A DNA stretch of 64,000 nucleotides, taken from the NCBI GenBank assembly GCA_965207225.1, contig CBDBLV010000005.1, positions 672,001-736,000 of the forward strand, read 5' to 3'. This document shows positions 54,507 to 64,000 of this stretch, one piece after another. Positions within the stretch are counted from its first letter, which is position 1. Each line of letters starts with the position of its first letter. The notes under the pieces are model-generated. The model ran no database searches, was not told where the DNA came from, and saw nothing but the letters and a program-made list of their open reading frames with translations. The position numbers and the translations under genes were made by a program. Origin of the DNA: Dehalococcoidia bacterium. GTDB lineage: Bacteria; Chloroflexota; Dehalococcoidia; Plut-88900.

Positions 54507-55997
54507 ATGGCCCAGTCTCAATCTGCCCTGCTCGAAGTCAAGCAGTACTACGGCAGGGTGCAGAACTATATCGACGGTTCATGGACCGACTCTTCCACCG
54601 CAAACTGGCTGGACGTCCAGGAACCGGCCAGCGGCAGAGTAATCGCCGAAGTCCCCTTATCCACCACCTCAGAGGTGAACGCCGCAGTCGCTGCTGCACA
54701 ATCCGCCTTCTGGTCCTGGCGCGAGACCCCTCCCCCCGACCGCGTGCAGCGACTCTGGGCCTACAAGAACCTCATGGAGGAGAACCGGGAGGAGCTTGCC
54801 CGCATAGTCAGCCAGGAGAACGGCAAGTCTATCGGCGACGCCCGCGGCGAGGTCCGTCGGGCCATCCAGAATGTTGAGGTTCCCGCTGGTATTAACTCCC
54901 TCATGATGGGCTACAACCTCGAAGATATAGCCCGTAGCATCGACGAAGACTGCGTCCGGCAGCCCCTCGGCGTATGTGCCGGCATTGTTCCCTTCAACTT
55001 CCCCGCCATGGTTTCCCACTGGTTCCTTCCCTATGCCGTCGCCTGCGGCAACACCTATGTCCTCAAGCCCTCGGAGCAGGTGCCTCTGAGCATGTCCTTC
55101 TGCTTCGACCTGATGGACAAAGCGGGCTTTCCCAATGGCGTGGTGAACTTGGTGCATGGCGCCAAGGAAGCCGTCGACGCCCTCCTAGATAACCCCGACG
55201 TCCGCGCTATCTCCTTCGTCGGCTCAACCGCTATCGCCAGGTACGTCTACCAGCGGGCCACTGCCAATGGCAAGCGGGCCCAGTGCCAGGGTGGCGCCAA
55301 GAACTTCATGGTCGCCATGCCAGACGCCGACGTAGACAAGACCATAGACAACATGATCGGCTCCCTCTACGGCGGCGCCGGCCAGCGATGCCTTGCCGGT
55401 TCGGTCGTCCTTGCAGTCGGTGACGCCTACCAGCCCATCAAGGACAAGCTCATGGAAGCCGCTACAGCGATTAAGGTTGGCAACCCCTTGGACGAATCAA
55501 CGGACATGGGTCCGGTGATTAGCGAGAAACATCGCGAGAAAGTGGTGGGGTACATAGACCAGGGTGTCAAGGAGGGTGCGAAACTGATTCTTGATGGGCG
55601 TGATGTGTCCGTGGAGGGCTTCCCGGAAGGCGCTTTCGTAGGCCCGACTATCTTCGACGAGGTCGACCCCGAAATGACCATCGCCCAGGAGGAGATCTTC
55701 GGCCCCGTCGCTTCCATCGTCCAGGTCGACGACCTCGAACAGGCCATGGACATAATTGAGTCAAACCGCTACGGCAATGCCGCCAGCATCTTCACCTCCA
55801 GCGGCCGCTCCGCCCGGGACTTCAAGCACCGGGTACGCGCAGGTAACATCGGCATCAACGTGGGTGTCGCCGCCCCCATGGCCTTCTTCCCATTCAGTGG
55901 CATGAAGGAGTCCTTCTTCGGTGACCTCCACGGCCAGGGCCGTGATGCCATAGACTTCTTCACCGAAAAGAAGGTCGTAATCACCCGCTGGTTCTAA
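54507..55997 (+). CDS. mmsA: CoA-acylating (methyl)malonate-semialdehyde dehydrogenase
   Basis: PFNFPAM, KPSE, GGAKN, GQRCLA, EEIFGPV and terminal ITRW. Confidence 0.93.
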   Translation: MAQSQSALLEVKQYYGRVQNYIDGSWTDSSTANWLDVQEPASGRVIAEVPLSTTSEVNAAVAAAQSAFWSWRETPPPDRVQRLWAYKNLMEENREELARIVSQENGKSIGDARGEVRRAIQNVEVPAGINSLMMGYNLEDIARSIDEDCVRQPLGVCAGIVPFNFPAMVSHWFLPYAVACGNTYVLKPSEQVPLSMSFCFDLMDKAGFPNGVVNLVHGAKEAVDALLDNPDVRAISFVGSTAIARYVYQRATANGKRAQCQGGAKNFMVAMPDADVDKTIDNMIGSLYGGAGQRCLAGSVVLAVGDAYQPIKDKLMEAATAIKVGNPLDESTDMGPVISEKHREKVVGYIDQGVKEGAKLILDGRDVSVEGFPEGAFVGPTIFDEVDPEMTIAQEEIFGPVASIVQVDDLEQAMDIIESNRYGNAASIFTSSGRSARDFKHRVRAGNIGINVGVAAPMAFFPFSGMKESFFGDLHGQGRDAIDFFTEKKVVITRWF

Positions 55998-56082
55998 GCA
56001 GCCGTCGTCTTGCTCTAGCTTTGAAAGAGAACGGTCTCAGCGCCTGACGCCGATCCCGTCTCTCATCATCTGAATGTGGCCT

Positions 56083-56562
56083 CTATCCGACCACTGGGCT
56101 CAGAGCAGGCTTCACGACCGGTACATCCTCGACCACCAATGACCGCCCCACAACCTTGAGAGCCTTTTCCAATTGGGAAAGGTGTGTACGATACAGCGGG
56201 TCTAACAGTTTTCGCGTAGCTTCCTCCGTGAACCCCAGCCTTTCCGCAAGTGCTTTCCTGCTGATTCCATGCTCCTTCATGGCCGCATTGATGGCGAGTT
56301 TAGCAGCTGCCAATGGCGGTACCGAGATCATTATCTGGCTGTCGGTAGGGGGGCTGGGGGTGGGGATGTAACCCTGTTCGGTGCAGTAGTCGGAAATACA
56401 CAGCCACAGCACATCCTCAGCCATCTCCACCGCCTCTTCCCAGGACCAGCCGCATGTTATAGCTTCGGGTAAATCGGGGAATGTCACGTTGTAGGCTTCT
56501 CTTCCCGTTTCCTGTCGTTCCTCTTCGTCAAGGACTATATTGCAGGGATACACGAATCTCAT
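56083..56562 (-). CDS. hicB: HicB family antitoxin with C-terminal HTH
   Basis: VTFPDLPEAITCG...EEA..MAED, IP.PS, then an HTH. Confidence 0.88.
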   Translation of the reverse strand: MRFVYPCNIVLDEEERQETGREAYNVTFPDLPEAITCGWSWEEAVEMAEDVLWLCISDYCTEQGYIPTPSPPTDSQIMISVPPLAAAKLAINAAMKEHGISRKALAERLGFTEEATRKLLDPLYRTHLSQLEKALKVVGRSLVVEDVPVVKPALSPVVG

Positions 56563-56565
56563 CAG

Positions 56566-56771
56566 TCAAAACTCCCTACGGTTGATGCCAAGTTGCCTGA
56601 ACATATCCACCAGCGTACCTGGAGCGATCTCCCCATATGGTAATGCGTAAATCTACTGCCAACTATGAGTTTAATGTGACTACCCTTGCCGCTTTTGGTA
56701 TCAAGAACGAAGTCTAAACGATTCTTCCGTGCGTATCTCCTGGCCCATCTCAAAAATTCTCTATGAGTCAC
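56566..56771 (-). pseudogene. hicA: HicA toxin, frameshifted
   Basis: N-terminal GKGSH motif. The typical HicA C-terminus LPYGEIAPGTLVDMFRQLGINRREF* lies in the -1 frame after about 56645. Confidence 0.75.
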
Positions 56772-56786
56772 TCTAGAATGTTATCA

Positions 56787-56808
56787 TGTAGTTGCTATAA
56801 GTGCTACA
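56787..56808. promoter_or_regulatory. Possible HicB operator overlapping the hicAB promoter
   Basis: Imperfect palindrome TGTAG-n12-CTACA in AT-rich DNA just upstream of hicA. Confidence 0.35.
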
Positions 56809-57008
56809 AAATAATCATTACATAAGAGATCATTGCGTCCTGCCCCGGGTCAATTGGCAACATTATGACGTTCCATCAAGTGTGATACCCCCACCCCCAT
56901 CCTAACACACCCCTCCCCCCACCAATTTCCATTGTTGGTACAATGGCCCTGGCCCGAGGTTCTAGTGTGGGGTTCAGTTTCCACGATTAGACTTGCAGAG
57001 GGAATCAC

Positions 57009-58679
57009 ATGGCTAGCTTGAACAACACCCCCGATTTCGACGCGGTAGTAATCGGGGCCGGGTTCTCGGGGATGGGGATGCTCCGACGCCTCAGGGATGA
57101 CATGGGAATGTCTGTCCAGGTCTATGAGACAGCCACCGGAGTCGGAGGAACGTGGTACTGGAACCGGTATCCCGGGGCCCGTTGTGACTCAGAAAGCTAC
57201 ACCTACTGCTTCACCTTCTCTAAAGAGCTGCTCCAGGAATGGAGTTGGAGTGGCAGATACCCCGAACAGCCCGAGATCCTGACCTACCTCAATTACGTCG
57301 CAGACCGCTTTGACCTCCGCCGAAATATCAAGTTCAACACTAAGGTTACCTCCGCAACATTCCTTGAAGACAGGAATTTATGGGAGATTGAGACTGACCA
57401 GGGCGACAAAGTCACCGCCCGGTACTTCATAACGGGCATAGGGTGCATATCTACCGGCAACATCCCCAAGATAAAGGGTCTCGACTCCTTCGAAGGAGAC
57501 TGGTATCACACTGGCAACTGGCCTCACCATCCGGTCGATTTCTCCGACAAGCGAGTTGCCGTGATAGGCACCGGCTCCAGTGGTGTGCAGTCAATACCCG
57601 TGATAGCCGAACAGGCGGGCCACCTCACCGTATTCCAACGCACACCCCAATTCACTGTTCCCGCCCGGCACGGTGCCATAGACCGTAAGTTTATCGAGGA
57701 AGAGGTTAAGCCCAACTACGACGCCATCATCGAACGAGGAAAATGGACCAACGGCGGATCACCCATGACACCCGACTCCGGCTCCGCCTTGTCCCTTACC
57801 GAAGAGGAGCGCAACAGAGTATTCGAGAAATTCTGGGCCATAGGTGGCAACCACTTCATCTATGGCTCATTCGACGACATCCATAGCGACAGAGATGCTA
57901 ACGACATCGTCGCCGACTTCATCCGCTCCAAGATTCGTGAGACGGTTAAGGACCCCGAGACCGCTCAGAAACTCCTCCCCCTTGACCACCCTTACGGATC
58001 GAAGCGGGCTCTCATGGACACCAACTACTTCGAAACTTACAACCGGGACAACGTCGACCTCGTGGACCTGCGCCAGACCCCTATCGAGGAGATAACCCCA
58101 ACAGGCATACGGACGTCGGAACAGGAATTCGACTTCGATATCATCGTCTTCGCCACCGGCTTCGACGCCATGACTGGCACCTTCATGAAAATCGACATCC
58201 GGGGACGCAACGGCCTGACCCTTCGCGAAAAATGGGCCGAGGGCCCGAAAACATACCTTGGTTTACAGGTGGCAGGCTTCCCCAATATGTTCATGCTCAC
58301 GGGCCCCGGCAGCCCCTCCGTACTCTGCAATATGCCGGTATGCATTGAGCAGCACATAGACTGGACCGGAGACTTCATAGGCTGGATGCGGGAACATAAT
58401 CTGGATACCGCGGAAGCCACCCCCCTGGCCGAGGAAGAATGGGGCGCTCACGTCAATGAGGAGGCCGAAAAGACTCTCTTTGTCTATGCCAACTCCTGGT
58501 ACCTGGGGGCCAACATACCCGGAAAGCCCCGCGTGTTCATGCCCTACGCAGGTGGGCAAGGCAAATACCGCAAGAAATGCAACGAGGTGGCGCAAAACGG
58601 TTATGACGGATTCGTGCTCGGGCCAGCTGCGGGACAAGATCGACCCCTTCACGAAAAAGAGACGGTGATAACGGGATGA
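57009..58679 (+). CDS. Type I Baeyer-Villiger monooxygenase (CHMO/PAMO family), copy 1
   Basis: GAGFSG, GGTWYWNRYPG, FEGDWYHTGNWP fingerprint, GTGSSG and ATGFDA. Confidence 0.96.
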   Translation: MASLNNTPDFDAVVIGAGFSGMGMLRRLRDDMGMSVQVYETATGVGGTWYWNRYPGARCDSESYTYCFTFSKELLQEWSWSGRYPEQPEILTYLNYVADRFDLRRNIKFNTKVTSATFLEDRNLWEIETDQGDKVTARYFITGIGCISTGNIPKIKGLDSFEGDWYHTGNWPHHPVDFSDKRVAVIGTGSSGVQSIPVIAEQAGHLTVFQRTPQFTVPARHGAIDRKFIEEEVKPNYDAIIERGKWTNGGSPMTPDSGSALSLTEEERNRVFEKFWAIGGNHFIYGSFDDIHSDRDANDIVADFIRSKIRETVKDPETAQKLLPLDHPYGSKRALMDTNYFETYNRDNVDLVDLRQTPIEEITPTGIRTSEQEFDFDIIVFATGFDAMTGTFMKIDIRGRNGLTLREKWAEGPKTYLGLQVAGFPNMFMLTGPGSPSVLCNMPVCIEQHIDWTGDFIGWMREHNLDTAEATPLAEEEWGAHVNEEAEKTLFVYANSWYLGANIPGKPRVFMPYAGGQGKYRKKCNEVAQNGYDGFVLGPAAGQDRPLHEKETVITG

Positions 58680-58871
58680 ATCGGGTTTCCTAAACCGTCC
58701 TCACCCCGAATCTCCGTCGAGCAACTACGGGAGAGTCCAACTCTCCCATATTTGTTGTCATCGAAGCCAAGCGTATACACCCGACCAAATCCTTTGCTGG
58801 TACAATGGCCCGTGTCCCGGAGATGTGTAGCCGGGAGCGGATCGAAGATGCTGAGTCGCAGGGGGAGTCGT

Positions 58872-60518
58872 ATGACGAGCTTTGACAATGGTGGCGATTT
58901 TGACGTAGTTGTGATCGGTGCTGGGTTCTCGGGATTGGGGATGCTGCGACGGCTCAGGGACGAGTCAGGCATGTCCGTCCAGATTTACGAAGCGGGTACC
59001 GGCGTCGGCGGCACCTGGTACTGGAACCGTTATCCAGGCGCCCGCTGCGACTCCGAAAGTTACACATATTGCTTCACCTTCTCCAAAGAGCTCCTCCACG
59101 ATTGGCAATGGAGCGGAAAGTACCCGGAGCAGCCCGAAATCCTCACTTACCTCAACCACGTCGCCGACCGCTTTGACCTCCGGCGTAACATCCAGTTCGA
59201 GACCCGCGTCACCTCCGCAACTTTTTTGGAGGACAGAAACCTCTGGCAGATAGAGACCGACCGGGGAGATAAAGTCACCGCCCGATACTTCATCACCGGT
59301 ATCGGCTGCATTTCCACGGGCAACATCCCCAAGATCAAGGGCCTCGACTCCTTCGAAGGCAACTGGTATCACACTGGCGGCTGGCCCCACCATCCCGTCG
59401 ACTTCACCGGCAAGCGTGTAGCAGTCATTGGCACCGGGTCCAGCGGTGTCCAGTCAATCCCCGTCATTGCCGCTCAGGCTAAGCACCTCACCGTGTTCCA
59501 GCGCACCCCCCAGTTCACCGTCCCCGCCCGACACGCTTCCATCGACACCCGCTTCATCGAAGAGGAGGTCAAACCCCACTACGATGAGATCATCGAGAGA
59601 ATGAAGTGGGCCCACGGTGGCACTCCCCAGATACCCATGGGTCGTTCCGCGTTGAATTTCTCGGAAGAAGATCGACGGGCTATCTACGAAAAGGCTTGGG
59701 CCGCCGGCGGTAACGACTTCGTCTACGGCTCCTTCGGCGATGTCATGACCAACAAGGACGCCAACGACACGGCATCCGATTTTATCCGCTCCAAGATCAG
59801 GGAAACGGTGAACGACCCCGAGACCGTTGAAAAGCTCCTGCCCCTGGACCACCCCTACGGCTCCAAGCGCGCCCTCATGGACACCAACTACTTCGAGACC
59901 TACAACCGCGACAACGTCTACCTCGTCGACCTCCGCCGGACCCCCATTCAGGAAATCACCCCCAGGGGCATACGCACCTCCGAGAAGGAGTTTGAGTTCG
60001 ACGCCATAGTCTTTGCCACCGGCTTCGACGCCATGACCGGCACCTTCATGAAGATCGACATCCAGGGCCGAGACGGCATCACCCTCAAAGACAAATGGGC
60101 CGAGGGCCCGAAGACTTACCTCGGTCTCCAGGTCGCCGGGTTCCCCAACATGTTCATGCTCACCGGCCCCGGCAGCCCCTCCGTGCTCACCAACATGCCC
60201 GTCGCCATCGAGCAGCACATTGAATGGGTCGCCGACTTCATAGACTGGATGCGAGACAGAGACCTCGAGACCGCAGAACCCGATCCCCAGGCAGAAAAGG
60301 ACTGGGATGTCCACGTCCAGGAGGAAGCCAACAAGACCCTCTATATGCAAGCCAACTCCTGGTACCTCGGCGCCAACATTCCCGGCAAGCCCCGTGTCTT
60401 CATGCCTTATACCGGTGGCATGGGAACCTACCGCAAACGCTGCAACGAGATCGCCGAGAACGGCTACGAGGGGTTCATCCTCGATGCAGTGCCGACCAAA
60501 AGTGCAGCTGTTGGATAG
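58872..60518 (+). CDS. Type I Baeyer-Villiger monooxygenase, copy 2
   Basis: Same motifs as copy 1; GGGGAG RBS before ATG 58872. Confidence 0.96.
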   Translation: MTSFDNGGDFDVVVIGAGFSGLGMLRRLRDESGMSVQIYEAGTGVGGTWYWNRYPGARCDSESYTYCFTFSKELLHDWQWSGKYPEQPEILTYLNHVADRFDLRRNIQFETRVTSATFLEDRNLWQIETDRGDKVTARYFITGIGCISTGNIPKIKGLDSFEGNWYHTGGWPHHPVDFTGKRVAVIGTGSSGVQSIPVIAAQAKHLTVFQRTPQFTVPARHASIDTRFIEEEVKPHYDEIIERMKWAHGGTPQIPMGRSALNFSEEDRRAIYEKAWAAGGNDFVYGSFGDVMTNKDANDTASDFIRSKIRETVNDPETVEKLLPLDHPYGSKRALMDTNYFETYNRDNVYLVDLRRTPIQEITPRGIRTSEKEFEFDAIVFATGFDAMTGTFMKIDIQGRDGITLKDKWAEGPKTYLGLQVAGFPNMFMLTGPGSPSVLTNMPVAIEQHIEWVADFIDWMRDRDLETAEPDPQAEKDWDVHVQEEANKTLYMQANSWYLGANIPGKPRVFMPYTGGMGTYRKRCNEIAENGYEGFILDAVPTKSAAVG

Positions 60519-60690
60519 CGCTCAGTGAAAGAGCGCGAGTTCAGAAATCAGGAGCTCGGGGGCCGACACCCCGCCGCCTGCACCTGCGCTAGCTGCACCC
60601 GACGCCGACTCCAAAAAATCGAAAGTGGCGGCAACCCACTGAAGAAAGTCCTGGACTTCCTGCTCCGCAGGCGCGGATAATGCCCGGCCC

Positions 60691-61605
60691 ATGAACGACA
60701 CTGTCATCCAGACCAGAGACCTCACCAAGGCCTACGGCTCCATAGTCGCCGTCAACAAGCTCTCCATGGAAGTGCCCCGAGGCCGTATCTTTGGCCTCCT
60801 GGGCCCCAACGGCTCCGGCAAGACCACAACCCTCAGCATCCTCCTCGGCCTCACCAGCCAGACCTCCGGCAGTTTCAACCTCTTCAATGATAGTGCCACC
60901 CATACTGATGCCCTCCACCGCATCGGCGCAATCGTCGAGACCCCCGCCTTCTACCCCTACCTGTCCGGCCGCAACAACCTGGCCTACTTCCAGGCCATCT
61001 CTGCTAAGGGCGACCGCCAAGAGCTAGACCGGCTCCTCGACACCGTCGGCCTTGGCACCCGCGCCAACGATAAATTCCACACCTACTCCCTCGGCATGAA
61101 GCAGCGCCTCGGCCTAGCCTACGCCCTCCTCGGTGACCCCGAGGTCCTCATCCTGGACGAACCCACCAACGGCATGGACCCCGCAGGCATGGCGGAAATC
61201 CGTGACCTCATCCGCCGGCTCGGCACTGGTGGCCGCACCGTCCTCCTCTCCAGCCACCTCCTCCACGAAGTCGAGGCCGTCTGCGACAGCGTTGCAATCC
61301 TCTCCAAGGGCAAGCTCATCGCCCAGGGAGACGTTTCCGAGCTGCTCAGCGCAGGCGCTCAGGTCCAGTTCCGCACCACCGATGACGCTAAGGCCAAAGA
61401 AGTGCTTTCAGCAGTGGACTGGATCAAGGGGCTTGAAGAAGAAGAGGGCTACCTGGTAGCCAACGCCCCTAGCGAACGATCGGGAGAGCTGACCGCAGCC
61501 CTCAGCGGTACGGGCGTATACGTCACCGAGATGCGACCCCGCTCCAAGACCCTCGAACAATACTTCCTCGAAGTCACCGGCGAGACGGACGGAGAGCTGT
61601 CTTGA
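60691..61605 (+). CDS. ABC transporter ATP-binding protein (BcrA/CcmA-like exporter)
   Basis: GPNGSGKTT, YSLGMKQRL, ILDEPTNG and SSH. Confidence 0.95.
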   Translation: MNDTVIQTRDLTKAYGSIVAVNKLSMEVPRGRIFGLLGPNGSGKTTTLSILLGLTSQTSGSFNLFNDSATHTDALHRIGAIVETPAFYPYLSGRNNLAYFQAISAKGDRQELDRLLDTVGLGTRANDKFHTYSLGMKQRLGLAYALLGDPEVLILDEPTNGMDPAGMAEIRDLIRRLGTGGRTVLLSSHLLHEVEAVCDSVAILSKGKLIAQGDVSELLSAGAQVQFRTTDDAKAKEVLSAVDWIKGLEEEEGYLVANAPSERSGELTAALSGTGVYVTEMRPRSKTLEQYFLEVTGETDGELS

Positions 61606-62456
61606 TACTCCACCTTCTCTCCCTGATGCGATGGGAGTGGTTCAAACTGCGGCGCAGGTGGATCCCCTGGGTATTGCTCGGGATTTTCGCTGTCTTCACC
61701 CAAATGCTCGTTTGGATAGGCTACCTCGTCTTTCGCTCCGAAGGCGAAGTGGGGGCTCAGGAACTCTTCCTTCTCCCCGGTAGCGTGACCCTCGGCATCG
61801 GCTCCATGTTTGGCATCGCAATAGTTTTGATGGTGACGCTGTCCTCGTCCGTGGTGGGGACCGAGTACGGATGGGGCACTCTGCGCACCGTCATCGCCCG
61901 TGGCCCGGGCCGCTGGCCCTTCCTTCTTGCCAAATTCTGCGTCGTCGCTTTGGCAGGCCTGGCAGCTCTGGTAGTTGTCGCGGTCTTTATCGGAATCGGT
62001 AGCATAGTCACCACGGGCCTCTCGGAGAATAGCAGCGAGTTGACCTCATCCGGAGAGTGGTCTGAGGCTGTCCTTACCATCCTTAAAGCAGCCTACGTGT
62101 TGATTCCCTATGCCTTGCTTGCCGCTGCCCTCACCGTCCTCACCTCTTCGGCGACGGTCGGTCTCGCCATCACCGTGGGATACCACATCGCAGAGCAAAT
62201 CGTTGTGCCAATCCTCATAATCTTTGTGGACGGCTTCGACACCATAGCCGGCTTTACGCTGGGAATAAGCGCCAACACCCTCGTTAGCCAGGGTGGGGCT
62301 CAGGACTTCATATTCCTCGTCACGACCATCGCCGGAGGCGAACTGCCCGGCACCACCCAAGCATTCCTGGTCCTCCTGGCCTACAGCGTAATTTTCGCTG
62401 GCTTGGCTCTCTGGCTATTCCAAAGACGGGACATCACCGGCGCCAAGGGCACCTAG
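61602..62456 (+). CDS. ABC-2 type exporter permease
   Basis: EWFKL, EYGWGT.R, six hydrophobic segments and FQRRDI. Confidence 0.9.
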   Translation: MILHLLSLMRWEWFKLRRRWIPWVLLGIFAVFTQMLVWIGYLVFRSEGEVGAQELFLLPGSVTLGIGSMFGIAIVLMVTLSSSVVGTEYGWGTLRTVIARGPGRWPFLLAKFCVVALAGLAALVVVAVFIGIGSIVTTGLSENSSELTSSGEWSEAVLTILKAAYVLIPYALLAAALTVLTSSATVGLAITVGYHIAEQIVVPILIIFVDGFDTIAGFTLGISANTLVSQGGAQDFIFLVTTIAGGELPGTTQAFLVLLAYSVIFAGLALWLFQRRDITGAKGT

Positions 62457-62484
62457 CCCCGCCCTATCCCCAATGGAGTTGGGA

Positions 62485-62522
62485 GGGGCCGCTCATGCTG
62501 AGATCCGTCGAAGTATGAGCGG
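62485..62522 (+). repeat. Repeat family C copy
   Basis: GGGGCCGCTCATGCTGAGATCCGTCGAAGTATGAGCGG, between convergent genes. Confidence 0.8.
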
Positions 62523-62525
62523 AAG

Positions 62526-64000
62526 CTAGCCGGCCATTGCGCTCGTAGCCGCCCCCCGCCCCGCTATCCTCCCGAACACCGACCCCGCCATCAGCCCCGA
62601 CCCACCGGCATAGTTGTGGTAAAACAGCCCGCCCACCAGCTCGCCCGCCGCGTACAGGCCGGGGATCGGCGCGTCCTCCGTGTCCAATACCTGCGCCTCC
62701 GGCGAGATCTTCAACCCCCCGAACGTGAACGTAATCCCACAAGTCACTGCATAGCCAACGTAGGGCGGAGAGTCCAGCCTTTGCGCCCAGTTCGACTTCG
62801 GCGGCTCGACTCCAACCGTCCCCTTTCCATCCAGCACCGCCGGATTGAACTCTCCCTCCATCACACAGGAATTGAACTTGCCCACAGTCTCTACAAGGTT
62901 TCCGCCGTTAATCCCCAGGGCCTCGGCCAGCCCCGCAATCGAGTTTGACTCAGCCTTCGTCACCCGGGAGAAATAGTATTCGTCCCTCAGCTTCTCCGAC
63001 ACCTTCGCATCAAAAATCTGGAACGCCGCCCGGTGGGGCTGCTTCAGTATCTCCCGGCCGTACTTGGCATACGTGAAGTTCCGGATGTCCGCGCCCTCGT
63101 CTAGGAAGCGTTTCCCTTCTGTATTCACCACTATCCCCAGCGGGTATGAGTGCTTCTGGAACAGGTCCGCCACGTTCCGGTCCCCGAAAGTCGGGGCATT
63201 CAGGTCCCACGCCACCGCATGACACGAGCTCCAGTGCCCGTAAGGCTGCGCCCCGATATCCAGCGCCATCCGGATCCCGTCCCCCGTGTTAAACCGTGTG
63301 CCCCGTACCTTCGCCAGTTCCCACCCGGGCCCCAGGTACCGGGTCCGCATCTCCGGGTTCGACTCGAAGCCCCCGCACGCCAGCACTACCGCCCCCGCCT
63401 CCATGTCACGCAACCCATCCTCCGTCCGCACCGACACCCCCGTCACCCGACCCGACTCATCCGTCAGCAACCCCCTGACCTTGGCCCCGTACAATACCTC
63501 TACCCCCCTCGCCTCCGCCATATTGAACAGCTCGTCCACCAGCCCCTTTCCTCCCCCCACAGCCTCCGTGATCAGGCCTCCGTAGAATTGCTGCTTCCCC
63601 CCGACCTCGAAAGACTGCCGACCGTACATCAACACGTAACGCAGCCCTTGCTCCCTTATCCAGTGCACCGTCGGGTGGGCCTCCGAGACCAGCGTCTGCA
63701 GTAGGTCCGCATCCGATAGCCCCTCCGTCACCCGCATGATGTCTTCGTACATCCTGGACTGCGGGTAGGACCCTATCTCGATCGACGCAGCTTCCTCGTC
63801 ATTCATCTCGGGAATTAACGCCCTGATGTCCTCCAATCCCTGGTAGGGGAACCGGAACCCGCCGCCCGTGAAATAGGAGTTTCCTCCGCGCAGGTGTTCC
63901 GGGGCCTTTTCCAGCACCAGCACCCGGACTCCCTGCTCCCTCGCCGAAAGCGCGGCGCACAGTGCCGCATTACCCGCTCCAACTACTATTACGTCTGCAT
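62526..64000 (-). CDS. FAD-dependent tricarballylate dehydrogenase TcuA-like flavoprotein (5' end outside the window)
   Basis: The frame stays open to the edge (DVIVVGAGNAALCAA); RGGNS, GGFESN, GITFTFGGL and YAAGE..GG. Confidence 0.88.
   Translation of the reverse strand, partial: ADVIVVGAGNAALCAALSAREQGVRVLVLEKAPEHLRGGNSYFTGGGFRFPYQGLEDIRALIPEMNDEEAASIEIGSYPQSRMYEDIMRVTEGLSDADLLQTLVSEAHPTVHWIREQGLRYVLMYGRQSFEVGGKQQFYGGLITEAVGGGKGLVDELFNMAEARGVEVLYGAKVRGLLTDESGRVTGVSVRTEDGLRDMEAGAVVLACGGFESNPEMRTRYLGPGWELAKVRGTRFNTGDGIRMALDIGAQPYGHWSSCHAVAWDLNAPTFGDRNVADLFQKHSYPLGIVVNTEGKRFLDEGADIRNFTYAKYGREILKQPHRAAFQIFDAKVSEKLRDEYYFSRVTKAESNSIAGLAEALGINGGNLVETVGKFNSCVMEGEFNPAVLDGKGTVGVEPPKSNWAQRLDSPPYVGYAVTCGITFTFGGLKISPEAQVLDTEDAPIPGLYAAGELVGGLFYHNYAGGSGLMAGSVFGRIAGRGAATSAMAG

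Overview
This is a GC-rich bacterial chromosomal window, probably Chloroflexota (Dehalococcoidia/SAR202-like). That is an inference from the RpoB/RpoC insertions, an 11-subunit complex I without NuoEFG, and tandem Baeyer-Villiger monooxygenases. Most of it is housekeeping or metabolic: pxpABC, folB, citrate synthase, korAB, lipB, CIRCE-groES-groEL, split metE, recO, recR, ebfC, dnaX, ybeY, rpoBC, pyrD, pdxST, tmk, nuoABCDHIJKLMN, mmsA, two BVMOs, an ABC exporter and a tcuA-like gene. There are also two toxin-antitoxin modules (MNT-HEPN, and HicAB with a frameshifted hicA). The unusual signals are mostly non-coding. (1) Several co-oriented palindromic repeat families form composite clusters (about 183-960, 2529-3064, 4699-4870 and 28450-29760). 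Two families keep fixed flanks while the palindrome core is replaced, and a 23-24 nt mini-element is inserted into three different host repeats. (2) A 311-nt, extensively nested, base-pairable region closed by a perfect 15-bp inverted repeat (29304-29614) lies behind its own sigma70-type promoter, upstream of rpoB. (3) An AhpE-like peroxiredoxin has an in-frame UGA at the catalytic Cys position and a SECIS-like hairpin, so it is probably a selenoprotein. (4) A very strong C-over-G skew on the + strand dictates codon usage. All calls were made by eye and no database searches were run.
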